Source: Malacoraja senta (lineage: Eukaryota). Taken from it: a stretch of DNA of 64,000 nucleotides. The stretch is taken from NCBI GenBank assembly GCA_038087875.1, contig CM075990.1:16680001-16744000 (forward strand), read 5' to 3'. Shown one piece after another: positions 50,890-64,000 of this stretch (position 1 is the stretch's first letter; each line of letters starts with the position of its first letter). Below the pieces are notes generated by a model. It made no database searches and was not told the DNA's origin. It saw only the letters and a program-made list of their open reading frames with translations. A program made the translations under genes and the position numbers.

Positions 50890-51493
50890 TATAAACGAAA
50901 AGATTTCTGAATTCCCTATGTGATTTAATTTTGTTCAGTGTGGATGCGCTGTGTTTGAATCGGTGATGTTCTGATCTTTGGAATAGACCTTTGCATTTCG
51001 ACAAACAAGCTGTTGAGTTCAAAGCCAGTTAAATTCAGATTTTCTATATAACAAACTGCTGGAGGAATTCTGCAGGTCAGGCAGCATCTTTGTTGGGGGG
51101 GGGGGGGGGACTGCGAGGTTTCGGGTCGGGACTCTACTTTGGGTGTCTTGGTGCAGTCTCATTCAAGGAAGCTCAGTGTTGAAGGGTGGCGACTGGGACA
51201 AGTGTTGGCCATGGGATGTGGCCCTACGTACCCTGTCTAATCTTCCACCAGGGGCTTTGCAAACCTTCTTTACACGCGCCATTTCTCTCCTCTTTCATTC
51301 TTAAACAAAGTGATGAGCCAGGTCCTGGGAGATTAGAGAGCTCCAGCATTTTAAAGAGATTATCCATCATTTTACTTCCTGGATTTATTTTTGGGTCACA
51401 GCATCTTTGCGCAGCTGTAGTCACGTCAGTACGCGTGGCTTTCTTTCATTTTGCAATTTTATCCCTTTCCTGCTTTAATCCTCTCTGGTCCAC

Positions 51494-51960
51494 CTAGAGT
51501 CACACAGCGTGGAAACAGGCCCTTCAGCCCAACCCGCCCCTGCCGACCAACATGCCCCGTCCACCTGCCTGCACTCGGCCCATATCCCTCTAAACCTTGT
51601 AGGAAGGAACTGCAGATGCTGATTTAAACTGAAGATAGACACAAAATGCTGGAGTGACTCAGCGGGACAGGCAGCATCTCTGGAGAGAAGGAAGGGGTGT
51701 CGTTTCGGGTCCCGAAACGACACCCGTTCCTTCTCTCCAGAGATGCTACCTGTCCCACTGAGTTACTCCAGCATTTTGTGTCCCTCCAATCCTTTCCTGT
51801 CTATGTCCCTGTCGAAATGTTTCTTAAACATTGTGAAGTACCTGCTTCAACTATCTCCTCTGGCAGTCTATTCCACATACCCACCATCCTTTGTCTATAA
51901 GAAATAGTTGCCCTTCAGGCTTCTATTATATCTTTCTTCCCTCTCCTTAAACCTGTGTCT
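51494..51960 (-). mobile_element. CR1 3' end interrupted by an inverted pLTR pair (about 51598-51781)
   Basis: CR1 tail motifs either side of a palindrome centred on TTTCGGGTCCCGAAA. Confidence 0.75.
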
Positions 51961-52287
51961 TGATTGCAGGTTCAGGAATCTGAAGTCGACTGATCCTGGC
52001 ATCTTTTAACTTCAACAGATCTAGCCTCACCTGTACAGAGAACATAAGAAATATAACAATGTGGCACTTCAAACTTGTGTCCCATTCGAGAAAACTGCGG
52101 CTGATCTTTGCTATCCCAGTCTCCATGCCTTTGGTCTGTGGTCTCCTGTGGTCTAAAAATCTATCGTAGCCTGCATCGTCTACATTCATTTGGCCCCACG
52201 CCTTTCAGGATCAGCCAACGCCACAGATTTGAAACTTTCTAGGAAATGGGCAACTCTTTAATCCTGACTTTGTCGGTCAAATTCTAA

Positions 52288-52626
52288 TGGGCCTGTCCCA
52301 CTTGGCGATGTTTCAGGCAACTGCCGGCGACTGTCATAGTCGTAGCAGGTCGCCGAAAAATCGGTGACAACCTACGTCATCCTGGTGACAACCTACGTCA
52401 TCCTGGCGACAACCTACGACAGCACCTACGTCAGGAGAAGTCAAGCTACGCTCAATGGCGTCAAACCCACTGTCGCTGAAAATGTTTCAACATGTTGAAA
52501 ATTTAGCGGCGACCGGAAAGATGCTACGACTTTTTGCGCGACTGAGGAGACGACTCCCGGCGAATATTTGGCGACAAACTAGTCACCTGTAGTTGCCTAA
52601 ATAATTACCTCAGTGGGACAGGCCCA
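52288..52626. mobile_element. PIF/Harbinger-type MITE
   Basis: TIR TGGGCCTGTCCCACT / AGTGGGACAGGCCCA, left flank TAA; a related truncated copy starts at 53820. Confidence 0.8.
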
Positions 52627-53819
52627 AAACTTACCCCAGCATCTCACCATCTACCCTATACCTGTCTCAATGAGACCCTCTCTCATTCTTCTTAATTCCA
52701 GAAACCCTTGGCCCAATCTACTCAACAATAAGTGAGTGCTTGTATTATATTCCACGAACTGAGTAAACTCAAATGAAGTGGAAGTCAATGCGTTTTGGGG
52801 CAGGCAGCATATGTGGAGGGAATGCACAGATGATGTTTCGAGTCAGGCTCCAGGTAGCATCTGTGAAGGAAATGGACAGGCATCTACAGTTTCTTGAGCT
52901 CCAAACTCAAATGAAAGCCTTGACCAGAAGTGAACCTCCTGACCCCAATGTCAATGCCGATAGCTTATTTTTTTCATCATGTGTACCAAGGTACAGTTAA
53001 AAGCTTTATATTGCAACCTATCCAATCAAGTCAGATAATATCAGGCACGATACAATCAGGCCAAACTCGTACCCCTGGTGGAGTAAAGGGGAAGATACAG
53101 AGTGCAGAATATAGTTCCCAGCATTATAACGCATCAGTTCCACAGATAAAGTCCAATGTCCACAATGGGGTAGATATGAATTGGACGGTACCCTAGTCTA
53201 TGGAAGGACCATTCAGAAGCCTGATAACAGAGGGGAAGAAGCTGTTCCCGAGTCTGGTGGTGCGCGCTTTCAAGCTTCTGTTCCTTCTGCCGGACGGGAG
53301 CGGGGAGAAGAAGGAATAACCGGGATGGGAAAGGTGTTTGAATATGTGACGTTACAGTTGATAATTTGACAACACAGCTCCTCCATTTCTCAAAGACATT
53401 CCATGAATTAGCTCAGAGTAAAAGTGCTTTTGGACATCCACGGAGAGCCAGGAGTCTTCCTTCCTGCCTTCTGCATCTCACCATTGAACCCTCAACAACC
53501 CGTACACTGTGATCAGGTTATAGATTTGAAATTAATTAGGCCTATATTGTACACAATTAATTGGATTCGTTAAACCATAATCAGCATCTGCAGCTCTTGT
53601 AAAAATAAATTAGTTTGCAAAGACAAGTTTAAATTTGATTAATGCAATGTGGAGGCGGTGTAAGATATTCTATTAAAATTCTGCAAGTGGTCCATTGAGG
53701 CCGATGTTACGGTCTCTCATGATCTAAGTGCTCAGTTTTTAATTATCTTTTTCTCTTCCCACGTTAGATGTGCTTCCAACAGCTGTGAGGTATTTGGGAT
53801 GTTGGGACTGGGTACCTAA

Positions 53820-54082
53820 TGGGCCTGTCCCACTTAGACGATTTTTTCGGCGACTGCCGGTGACTGTCATCGTTGTAGCAGGTCACCGAAAAACCGGCGA
53901 CTGGACCCCCCTACGACAATGTCTACAACAACCTACCACCTCGTCGACGTCAAGCTATGGCAAGCTACCATTAGGATGTCCACCTACGACCACACCTACG
54001 TCCACCCGCGACAAGGTAAGACAAGTCAGTCGCCGGTACTTGTCACCGGTTGACGTAGATTACGTAGGTAGTCGCCAATGGC
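53820..54082. mobile_element. Truncated MITE related to 52288-52626
   Basis: TAA|TGGGCCTGTCCCACTT..., shared GACTGTCAT..GTAGCAGGTC.CCGAAAAA. Confidence 0.7.
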
Positions 54083-54624
54083 CACAACTTCTCTCTGCGT
54101 TGTATTCTTTCTCCCTCGTACTTGTTCTCTATCTCTCATATTCTTTCTTTCTAATATTCTTTCTCTAATTATTTCTTGTATTTTCTCTCTATTTTCTCTC
54201 TCTTACCAATACTTACAGTAAATCTCGCATTCATACGCATCTGAGATTGTCACCTTCCCATGGTCAGTTGTTGACAAAATTCCTCACGTATACATTTGCT
54301 TTGTCATTTTCCCGTCAAATAGATCAAACCCTCAACGTGCCGAGATGGTCGTCCACCGCTTTATGCCATGTTTTCGAGTTGCTTTGGCTTGCATTCTCTT
54401 GATTTTACAGAGAGATAATCTCATGGAAAGACAATTGGACTGGGGTTTGAATAGGAAAGGTTCAGGGAAATGGGCAAAAGGCAGGGAAATTGGGCCAGCT
54501 TAGTGCGGTATGTTGATCGGCATGGGCATGTTAGGCCATAGTGCCTGTTTCCATGCTGTATGACTCTGAAAAGTACAATATTCATACAACAGTCTGGATA
54601 TTGTATTGTATAATGTTGGACATA

Positions 54625-55046
54625 TGGAGAGCTCTGGGCCTGTACTCGCTGGAGTTTAGAAGCATGAGGGGGGACCTCATTGAAAATTACCGTATAGTAA
54701 AAGGCTTGGATAGAGTGGATGTGCAGAGGATGTTTCCACTAGTGGGAGAGTCTTGGACCAGAGGACACAGCTTCAGAATAAAAGGATGCACCTTTAGAAA
54801 GGAGATGAGAAGGAATTTCTTTTGTTGGAGGGTGGTGAATCTGTGGAACTCTTTGCTGCAGATGGCTGTGGAGGCCAAGTCAGTGGGTATTTTTAAAGTG
54901 GAGATTGGCAGGATCGTGATTAGTATGGGGGTCAAAGGTTACGGGGATGAAGCAGGAGACAGGGACAGATAAATCAGCCATGATAGTATGGTGTAGCGGA
55001 CTAGATAGCCCAAATGGCCTAATTCGGCTCCTATGACTTATGAGCT
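54625..55046 (+). mobile_element. CR1 LINE 3' fragment
   Basis: LGLYSLEFRSMRGDLIENYRIVKGLDR...RVVNLWNSL. Confidence 0.9.
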
Positions 55047-55494
55047 TATGCTTCCCTTGACTGAACAACCTTGGGCCAAGGTGTATCGTCTCAAATCGAG
55101 GTCGAGTTTTAAGGTAAAAAGAAGGATACATTTCTTCACATAGGTGGGTGAATCTTTAGAATTCTTTACCCCAGGAGACTTGGAGACTGGGTCACTGAGT
55201 TGGCTGAAAGCTGAGATCACTAGATGATGCAGGAAAGCGGAGCTGAGGTAGAAGAATATCTGTGGTGTTGAACGGTGGAGCAGGCATGATGAGACTTGTA
55301 GTCTCATGTTCTTGTATTCATGTCTGGCTTGTCCATCACTCCCTTCACCAACGCCACATTAACTTGAGGCCATTCAGATCTCTTCTGCTTGCATTTTGAC
55401 TCACACAAAGACCGTACATTCATCATTCATTTGCTTTTTGCTCACCCGGCCCCCAAGATGATTTGGGAGCCATCGTGAGACCAATTGTATTAAG

Positions 55495-55850
55495 GGAGAA
55501 AGCTGGAAGAGAGGTGGGGACAGCACAAAACCTGGCAAGTGATAGGTGGATAGGCATAAAAAGCTGGAATAACTCAGCGGGTCAGACAGCATCTCTGGGG
55601 AAAAGGAATAGGTGAAGAAGGGTCTCGACCTGAAACGTCACCTATTCCTTTTCTCCAGAGATGCTGTCTGACCCGATGAGTTACTCCAGCTTTTTGTGTC
55701 TATCTTCGATTTAATCCAGCATCTGCAGTTCCTTTCTACACAAGTGATAGGTGGATACAGGTGAGGGCAGATGGTTGGACAAAGGCCAGAGATGAAAGGA
55801 CAAAAGGCTGTGAGAAGAGGCGTGGAATGTGAAGAGAAGGGAGATGAGGA
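55495..55850. mobile_element. Penelope-like fragment with an inverted pLTR pair flanked by a 17-bp direct repeat
   Basis: CAAGTGATAGGTGGATA at 55536-55552 and 55741-55757 flanks the palindromic pLTR. Confidence 0.7.
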
Positions 55851-56312
55851 TGTATAAACCTCTCTCTATAGATATATTAGCGCTGGCTTTGCTAATGATA
55901 CCTGCATCCTATATAAAAATGAAATAAATAAAAGAGCACATTTCATTGTTTTGGAATAGACAAAGATAGATTGGAAAAGATGTTTAACCTTCTCTGTCCT
56001 GCCATCCATTGTTACCAAAACAATCCGCTTTATTGACATCAGAATAATCCATCTTAATTACACAAATGCACCAGTGGATATCCTATAACATTGTGCATGC
56101 AACTTTCTCTCAAAATATACTCTCGCTGAAGTCTGAAATTTATTTCTAACTCAAAGGAGAAGACTCTTTGCTGACCTTCATCTTCAGAGGATTTGGACAA
56201 AGGGGAAAGACGAGAGTTCTGGGCAGGGCCTTCATGGAACGATTGGAAGTTCATTTGTGTATCTGCTCATGGTGAATCTTTTGACTTGGATGGTTGACCA
56301 TTCGGCCATACT

Positions 56313-56827
56313 CAATTCTTGCTATTGAGGGAGTGCAGCGTAGGTTTACAAGGTTAATTACAAGGATGGCGGGACTGTCATATGCTGAGAGAATGGAGCA
56401 GCTGGGCTTGTACACTCTGGAGTTTAGAAGGATGAGAGGGGATCTCATTGAAACATATAAGATTGTTAAGAGTTTGGACATGCTAGAGGCAGGAAACAGG
56501 TTCCTGATGTCGGGGGCGTCCAGAACCAGGGGCCACACAGTTTAAGAATAAGGAGTAAGCCATTTAGAACGGAGACGAGGAAACACTTTTTCTCACAGAG
56601 AGTTGTGAGTCTGTGGAATTCTCTGCCCAAGAGGGCGGTGGAGGCAGGTTCTCTGGATGCTTTCAAGAGAGAGCTAGATAAGGCTCTTAAAAATAGCAGA
56701 GTCAGGGGATATGGGGAGAAGGCAGGAACGGGGTACTGATTGGGGATGATCAGCCATGATCACATTGAATGGCGGTGCTAGCTCGAAGGGCCGAATGGCC
56801 TACTCCTGCACCTATTGTCTATTGTCT
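56313..56827 (+). mobile_element. CR1 LINE 3' end with (ATTGTCT)n tail
   Basis: ILAIEGVQRRFTRLI..LEFRRMRGDLIETYKI; same subfamily as 21561-21948. Confidence 0.92.
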
Positions 56828-57619
56828 GTTGTCAAATAGCATCAGGTTTTCTGGGACTGAACTTTGAAGCCAGGTTGCCCAGACGAGGCTTGTCTCCCCG
56901 AAGCTTAGACCTGACTGGAGATGCAGAAACGAGAAAGGGATCGGATAGGATACATACAGCTCACCAAAATACTGCAGATGCTAGAAATGTGAAATAAAGA
57001 CAACTGTTGGAAATATTATATGTAGCACTTGTGGAGTTCCAGATTGAAGAAGTGTTATCAGAACTGAATGGTCATCACTTGGACAGGTACATGGATGGGA
57101 AAGGTTTTGAGGCATATGGGCCAAAATGGGAGTAGCTTCGATGGGGATAGACACAAACAGCTGGAGTAACTCAGCGGGACAAGCAGCATCTCTGGAGAGA
57201 AGGAATGGGTGACGTCACGGGTCGAGACCTTTCTTCAGACTTCGCCTAGCTTGGATGAGGCATGGACACGTTGGGCCGAAGGGTCTCTGTCCATGATGTG
57301 TGACTCCATCAAGCTGAAACATGAACTCCGTTCCTCTCTCCTCATTTGTTGTCTGAGTATGATTAGCATTTGCTTTTTTTTAAAATTACCTATACTGTTT
57401 AATCTTTCATCTGGAGGAGGAATGGAAGCTATTTACATCTCCAAAAATAGGAATATTTCCTCTAATAAAAGGTGACAATTGATAGTAGAGACCTGGCTCT
57501 TGTAATTTTATATACTTCTATCCAGTCTTGCCGCAACCTCTGACAGTCCTGAGATAGCTACTTGATGGCTGGCACTGACATGGTGGGCAGAAGGGCCTGA
57601 TTCGATGCTGTTCGGCTCT

Positions 57620-57958
57620 GTCATAAGGTCACAAGTGATAGGAGCAGAATTAGGCCATTCGGCCCATCTACTCCGCAATTCAATCATGGCTGATCTATCT
57701 CTCCATCCTAACCGCATTCTCCTGCCTTCTCCCCATAACCTCTGACACCCGTACTAATCAAGAATCTATCTATCTCTGCCTTAAATATATCCACTGACGG
57801 CCTCCATAGCCTTCTGTGTCAAAAAATTCCACTGATTCACCACCCTCTGACTAAAGAAATGTCTCTTAATCTCCTTCCTAAAGGAACGTCCTTTAATTCT
57901 GAGGCTGTGCCCTCTAGTCCTAGATTGTCCCATTAGTGGAAACATCCTCTCCACATCT
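57620..57958 (-). mobile_element. CR1 LINE 3' fragment
   Basis: DVERMFPLMGQSRTRGHSLRIKGRSFRKE...SQRVVN.WN. Confidence 0.88.
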
Positions 57959-60012
57959 GTGACTCTGAGGCAGGAGCCAGACAAGGCCAGGACATTGAGC
58001 TCGCTGGTCCAGAACCCTCCCACTGCCCGCTCGTGATAGAAAAACAAGCAGATGATCGGAAAGATTTGCAAAGATTACTGCGGGTTATCTGTGCAGCTAA
58101 GACACTTAATTCAGGAAGACAAAAGGTCATGGGAAACCTGATGGCTAAAAATACGTCAAACCTACAGATTATGTAAGTGCATCGTGATGCACTGCAGATC
58201 TCTACGCAGGTCCATTCATGATAGAGACCACGTATTTATTATACAACGAGGGAGTGGCTAGAACCCTTGGTGCTGCATCAGCCCACCTCACCTGCTGGTC
58301 ACCACCTGGGCTAAATGTCCTGTATCTCAAGGTGGGTCTGGCCAATCTGAATGAAAACCTTCTGCCGATTATAGGGTCAACCAGGATGGACACACGAGGA
58401 GTAATCAAGAGTGCAGAGGAAAATAAAGCTTCACACTGTGAATATCCCAAAACGGGGAGGGGTGAATTATCCTGGAGAAAGCAGCCAACATAATCACTAA
58501 CGGTCATCCCTTCTTCTCCGCCCGCGCTCCTGCCAGGCAGACGATATAAACGCTTGAAATCACCCTCCACCAAACTCAGGAACAACTTTCCCCTTCATTA
58601 TCAGATTGCTAAACGGCTCTCCCAGAAGCGAGGACATAGTCCCAATCTTCCAACCTACCTCACTATGGACCTTGAACCTTTTCTCCTGAACTGTTACACT
58701 ACAGTTGCTGAAACTATATTCTAGTATTTTTCTCTTAGCATTAACCGTTGCATTAGTGTACTCACAGTTGAGTGTATTCATGTCTAATATTATACGATGT
58801 AATCAGATAGCCTGCAAGCAAAATCTTTTCACTGTATCTCTGTACACATGACTATACTAAACTAATGCCAACACCAATTTCAATTGGACTATTTTTGGTG
58901 ACCTTGATCCTCAGAAACATCATTGTCCAAGCCCAGAACTGGAAATAGATTGCTTGGCTGAATGTGTGTCACACTTTTAATAAAATTCATGATTAAACCA
59001 TTATGTATTATTTTATTGTAGACCAACTGCCCAAAACCACATTGGAGTCCCGTTGAATCTGTGGCAGCAGAATATCTTTTGACCCCACACATCTCTCACG
59101 TTTTAGATATACACAGTATGAAGTTTTCTTTCCTCTTCACTGTTGATTACACCTTGTGATGTCCCAATGTACCTTCAACACGTCACCCATCCATGTTCTC
59201 CAGAGACGTTACTTGACCAAAGTACTCCTGCATCTTTGTGCCTTTTTTCAACAAAGCACGTATTTTTTCAATAAGAGTCAAGATACAAAATTATGAAGGG
59301 CATCATCAGGGTTGGTAGAAAAGTCAAACACAGACACAAAATGCTGCAGTACCTCAACGAGGTAGGCAGAATCTCTGGAAAAAAAGGAATGGGTGACGTT
59401 TCCTTATCTCCGGAGATGCTGCCTGTCCCGCTGAGTTACTCCAACTTTTTGTGTCTATCTTTGGTGTAAACCAGCATCTGCAGTTCCTTCCTACACATTT
59501 GGTAGAGAAGTCTATACTTAAGATAACGGTTAAGAGATATGGCCAAGATTTGAGGAAGACTTTTTTTGGTTGAAGTCTGGATCGCGCTGCCTGGTGGAGA
59601 GGAGAATCAGGTGGTCTACAGCGATTATGTATTAGATAGGCACTTGAAAAATAAGGCACAGCAGGGTGAGGGGCAAATGCTGGGAAATGGGATGAGTGTA
59701 GAGAGATACTTTTTAACCAGTACAGAAAAGTGGGATAAAGGGCCTGCTATAACCTCATGACATTGGCTACCCAAGGCTATGATCTTTAAGAATCACCATT
59801 CACTCTGAAATTAATTTCTTCTAATGAGTTGTATTTATTTATGCACCTTAATTAAATTGATGTGAGCTTCAAGGTTTGGACAAATTTACATAGTGTGGAA
59901 CTGTACCACACTGTAAACCGCTCGCCCAGGAATACTGGACATGTTTCTAAGCAGGAGAGATAATAAACTGCACAAGACAAGGTGCTGGAGGAACTCAGCA
60001 TGTCAGGCAATG

Positions 60013-60232
60013 TGAAAACGGGTCTCGACCCAAAACGTCAGCTATCCATGTTCTCCACAGATGCTGCCTGACCTGCTGAGTTACTCCAGCACTCTGTGAA
60101 ACGTCACCTACCCTTGCCCCCCAGAGATGTTGCCTGACCCGCTGAGTTACTCCAGCACTCTGTGAAACGTCACCTATCCATGTTCTCCACAGATGCTGCC
60201 TGACCCGCTGAGTTACTCCAGCACTCTGTGTC
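60013..60232 (+). repeat. Three tandem 66-bp copies of a Penelope-like pLTR segment
   Basis: AAACGTCA starts at 60033, 60099 and 60165, each followed by ..AGATG.TGCCTGACC.GCTGAGTTACTCCAGCACTCTGTG. Confidence 0.85.
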
Positions 60233-60539
60233 CTTTCAAGCATCTGTGGAGGAAATGGACAGGTTGCGTTTTGGGTTGTGACCCTTCTTAAGGAATGATG
60301 TGTTGACAGGTTAGAAGTTATAACTTAGCGACAATTGCTGAGGGAGAAATATTAGCCAGACAATGGTTAAAAATGCTCCTCTGGTCTAAAAAAGTGCTTT
60401 CTTATTTAAGTCTTGGACAGCACAAAAACAGACCTTCAACCCACCTTGTCTATGACAACCAAGTTGGAATACTGGGCATCTCATTTACCTGCATTTGCCA
60501 CATACCTGCATGCCCCTCGATCCTTTCTATGTGTCCAAA

Positions 60540-60715
60540 TAAGTTCATAAGTGATAGAAGCAGAATTAGGCCATTCGGCCCATCAAGTCTACCCTGCCAT
60601 TCAATCATGGCTGATCTATCTCTCCCTCTCAACCCCATTCTCCTGCCTTCTCCCCATAACCCCTGACACCCGTACTAATCAAGAATCTATTCATCTCTGC
60701 CTTAAAAATATCCAA
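60540..60715 (-). mobile_element. CR1 LINE 3' end
   Basis: Same 3' UTR as 57620-57958 and 8030-8548. Confidence 0.8.
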
Positions 60716-61699
60716 CTGATCTGAAAGCAGTATGATAACTGATGCAGCGTTCCAAGACTGCGTGCGGTTTGTGAGTCGACTGTTATCCATACGAAGATGA
60801 ATCTTTTCACACGTGGACAGGAAGTGTTGAGGGGGTCAAACCACATGCGTTTCAAGTACAATATTGTGGCACCACAGAGCTGTCTCACACGCTAGCCTTG
60901 CGTGTGACTACAGGAGCAAAGATCAGATCTGCCCCACATGTTAAACCAGTGTCCAGGAAGCATGTCGGCTGGCAATTTCCTCTCGGGCCCCATCTAAAGC
61001 CAGATACGGACTTCCTCACAGCTCACTCCACACACGGATTACCCGCCCAGTGAGACAGACACAGAATGCTGGAGTAACTCAGCGGGACAGGCAGTGTCTC
61101 TGGAGGGAAGGAATGGGTGACGTTTCGGGTCGAGTTCTGAAGAAGCGCTTCCACTAGAAACATAAGCTTTGCTACTCTTCCCACAGATGCTGCCTGATCA
61201 CCTGAGTTTCCAGCCTTTTCTTTTTTTTGTCTGTGTGCAAAAAATGGATGAGTAGCCGGGAACAATATTTAAAGAGCAGAGCGAAGCAGAACTTCCCTGA
61301 TAAAGGAGGGATGTGGCCACAGCTGTTGTTTTGGATACTAGTTCTAGGGGGGTTACTGGTACAACAGCAGCGTCAAGGAAAGAGCGTTCACGTCAATCGC
61401 GGCCCTGTTTCCACCACCACGCACAAGAAGCAACAAGACAGACACCATTGTATGCAGATGCCGAGAAGTGCGTTCAGCTCTGGCTGAACAACTTGTAATC
61501 TTGTGTGCGGACTCGTTAAGAAGATCTTCAAGTAACCCCAACATTCCCTCTCTCTCCATCCCTCCCCCTCCCAGCTTCTCGTTTTCACCCAACAAACAGC
61601 TAATAACGGCCTGTTTCTTTTATCATCGTTACTTTCATCCATTATTCTTTATCTCTCTACATCATTGTCTATATTTCTTGTTCCCCTTTTCCCTGACTA

Positions 61700-61832
61700 G
61701 TCTGAAGAAGGGTCTCGACCCGAAACGTCACCCATCCCTTCTCTCCAGAAACGTTGCGTGTCCCGCCGAGTTGCTCCAGCTTTTTGTGTCTATCTTCGGT
61801 TTAAACCAGCATCTGCAGTTCCTTCCTACACA
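61700..61832 (+). mobile_element. Penelope-like pLTR with hammerhead core (61702-61729)
   Basis: CTGAAGAAGGGTCTCGACCCGAAACGTCACC...AAACCAGCATCTGCAGTTCCTTCCTACAC. Confidence 0.75.
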
Positions 61833-64000
61833 TTCCTGCAAACTGTGCAGGAGCAAGCAAGTTGCCAGACCAGAGCCACACTTACTGAAACTACAGAACT
61901 CCAGCCTGGCAGAAACAACTGGCTCACCTACACCAGTGATGCCACACTCGAGGAGGGATCACTTTTGCTGCTCATTGGATGCATTTGTACTGCACAAACT
62001 TGAGCTGTTAATCACTTTTAATCAGCCTAATCACAAAATCTACTCCTCCAGAGAGGTGCGGCGAGTTTGCAGTACGGAGCAATTAATTGTTGCAGGATGG
62101 AACTGCAAATGCTGGTTTACACCGAAGATTGACTCAAATTGTTAGAGTAACCCAGCGGGACAGGCAGCATCTCTGGAAAGAAGGAATGGGTGACGTTTTG
62201 GGTTGAGACCCTTCTACAGACGAAGTAGAGTCTCGACCTGAAACGTCACCCATTCCTTCTCTCCAGAGATGCTGCCTGACCCGCTGAGTTACTCCAGCAT
62301 TTTGTGTCTATCTTTATGCTGTGACATTGGTATTTTATTACTGTCACATCATACCGTCTATACGGTGAGAAGCTTTTGTTCTCATGCCATACAGTCCTAG
62401 CCTGCTCAATCTCTCCCCTATAGCTCAGGCCCTCAAGTCCTGGCAACATCCTTGCAAATCATTTCTGCATTCATTGTGAAGCGTGTTTAGATTATATTTC
62501 TTTGGGAGTTTTTTGTAATATGACCATTGAAAATACTATTGATATCATACAATACATGATGCCAGCCGTACACAGGTGCAAATAGTTCAAAGTGAAAAAT
62601 GCCAGAGTGCAGAATATAGTGTAACATTGTAATAGCATTACGGTCACAGTGAAAGTGCAGATAAGAAAAAGTGTAAGGTCGGCAATGAGGTAGGTCGAGG
62701 GATCAGAAATAGCACCCTAGCTTATGAGAAGACCGATCAGTAGTCGGATAACACCAGGGAAGAAGCTGTTTCTGAATCTAGTGGCACGTGCTTTCAAGCT
62801 TTTTTATCTTCTGCCAGATAGGAGAGGGGGGAAGAAAGGGGGGGGTGGTAGAAGGTCCGTGATTATGTCGGCTGCTTTCCCGTGGCAGTGTGAAGTGTAG
62901 ATGGGTCGATGGCAGAGAGTCTTGTCTGTGTGCGGCTTCTTGAAATCATCATTGAATGTTAGACTGATTTAGTGTCGACCTCAGCTGCATTTACTAATAC
63001 ACCCCGTCCCTGGATAATGAATGGGTTCTGTTATTACAGAGGTCCATAAGTTGATTATATCCATACGTCAGAAAGTAAACATCCACAGTGTTGTGATGAA
63101 TAGCATCAAAGCACGCAAGACTGAGAAGAAAGAACAATTACTAAAAGTGGAGAGAGCATGGAAACTAGTCCTGTCGATGATAGGAACTAGCGCACAAATG
63201 TCAGACATTTGAATGTAATAATATTGTGGGTGCTTGTTCGTGCGTAAGAGTGTCCAGAAGTCGGGGCTTCAAAACTTGGGGACAGCCTGTCTAGTGATAA
63301 CATTATTTAAAACCCAGTGCAGATTTTTTAAAAGCTCCAGTTTCACATGAATCCAATGCATTAAATGATGCGTGTTAAAGCCCTTGTGGTTTTCCAGTTA
63401 GCAACAACTGGAACTTGGAACAGTATAGCACAGGAACAGGCCCTTCGACCCACAATGTTTGTATCGAACATGATGCGAAATTAAACGGATCTCATCTGCG
63501 TGTACATGATCCATATCCCGCTAATCCCTGCACTTTCACATGCCTATCTTAAAGTCTATTAAATGCCACGATCCTATCTGACCACCACCACCCCAGCAGC
63601 ATATTCCAGGCCCCCACCACTCTCTGTGGAACAATAGTTTACGGCATCTCCATTAAACTTTCCCCCTCTCACATTATAGCTATTTCCGCTGGAGTTGGAC
63701 ATTTCTACCCCATCTGTGTCCGTCATGTCTCTTGGCTAACCATCCCTAGGAGGCAAACCACCATTGCTTTACACCGCATCTTAGAGCTGAAATACTCGTT
63801 CAGTTACAACAGGGATCCTGAGAAGCGTTCAGAAGATACCAATCCACCCCTAGCTGCCCGACCAGCAGCAATAAACACTGCTCCAACTGTGATTTACGGC
63901 ACTGTTAATATGAGGTTTCTCCAAGACAGGGATATGTGGCGATACTTAAATGAATTGGATTGACCTGCACAATTGCCTAGTCCACGTGCTGTAATCATTC

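Noticed and set aside
55606..55650. Apparent full hammerhead with long stem I (GGAATAGGT/ACCTATTCC)
   Set aside because: The pairing comes from the inverted pLTR junction, and the core lacks the conserved CU of CUGANGA.
58030..58180. Open frame ending at GTAAGT (…DDRKDLQRLLRVICAAK…)
   Set aside because: No convincing acceptor or start and no recognisable protein similarity.
61227..62145. ORFs of 86 and 225 aa with hydrophobic stretches
   Set aside because: The longer ORF runs through Penelope-like pLTR sequence (LKKGLDPKRHP is the translated repeat); no domain evidence for either.

Overview
Eukaryotic, non-genic-looking vertebrate DNA dominated by repeats. The repeat set (HE1-like V-SINEs, CR1/HER1-like LINE ends, Penelope-like pLTR fragments) points to a cartilaginous fish, probably a skate or ray; this is inference. 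I recognise no host gene. There is one candidate first coding exon (18389-18466, minus strand), so the window is probably intronic or intergenic. Main elements: (1) a structurally complete but mutated DIRS1-type tyrosine-recombinase retrotransposon (23537-28852, minus) with ITRs, ICR, gag, RT, RNase H, methyltransferase-like and YR domains, and an in-phase T-TTT-TTA slippery site at the gag/pol junction; (2) an endogenous retrovirus integrase plus env-start remnant (about 19180-20734); (3) several PIF/Harbinger-type MITEs and Helitron-like elements; (4) many Penelope-like pLTR fragments with minimal hammerhead-ribozyme cores, often arranged as long palindromes; (5) a 5'-truncated Vingi/Ingi-like LINE (33569-34187). 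The best find is a 140-bp non-autonomous retroelement (31631-31770) flanked by a 12-bp TSD. It starts exactly at the first G of a fully paired, minimal 54-nt HDV-like ribozyme and ends in the same 3' tail as the nearby Vingi-like LINE, which suggests a ribozyme-headed mini-retroposon with its partner LINE in the same window. A 200-N gap (36619-36818) and a (TG)n tract of about 1.3 kb are also present.
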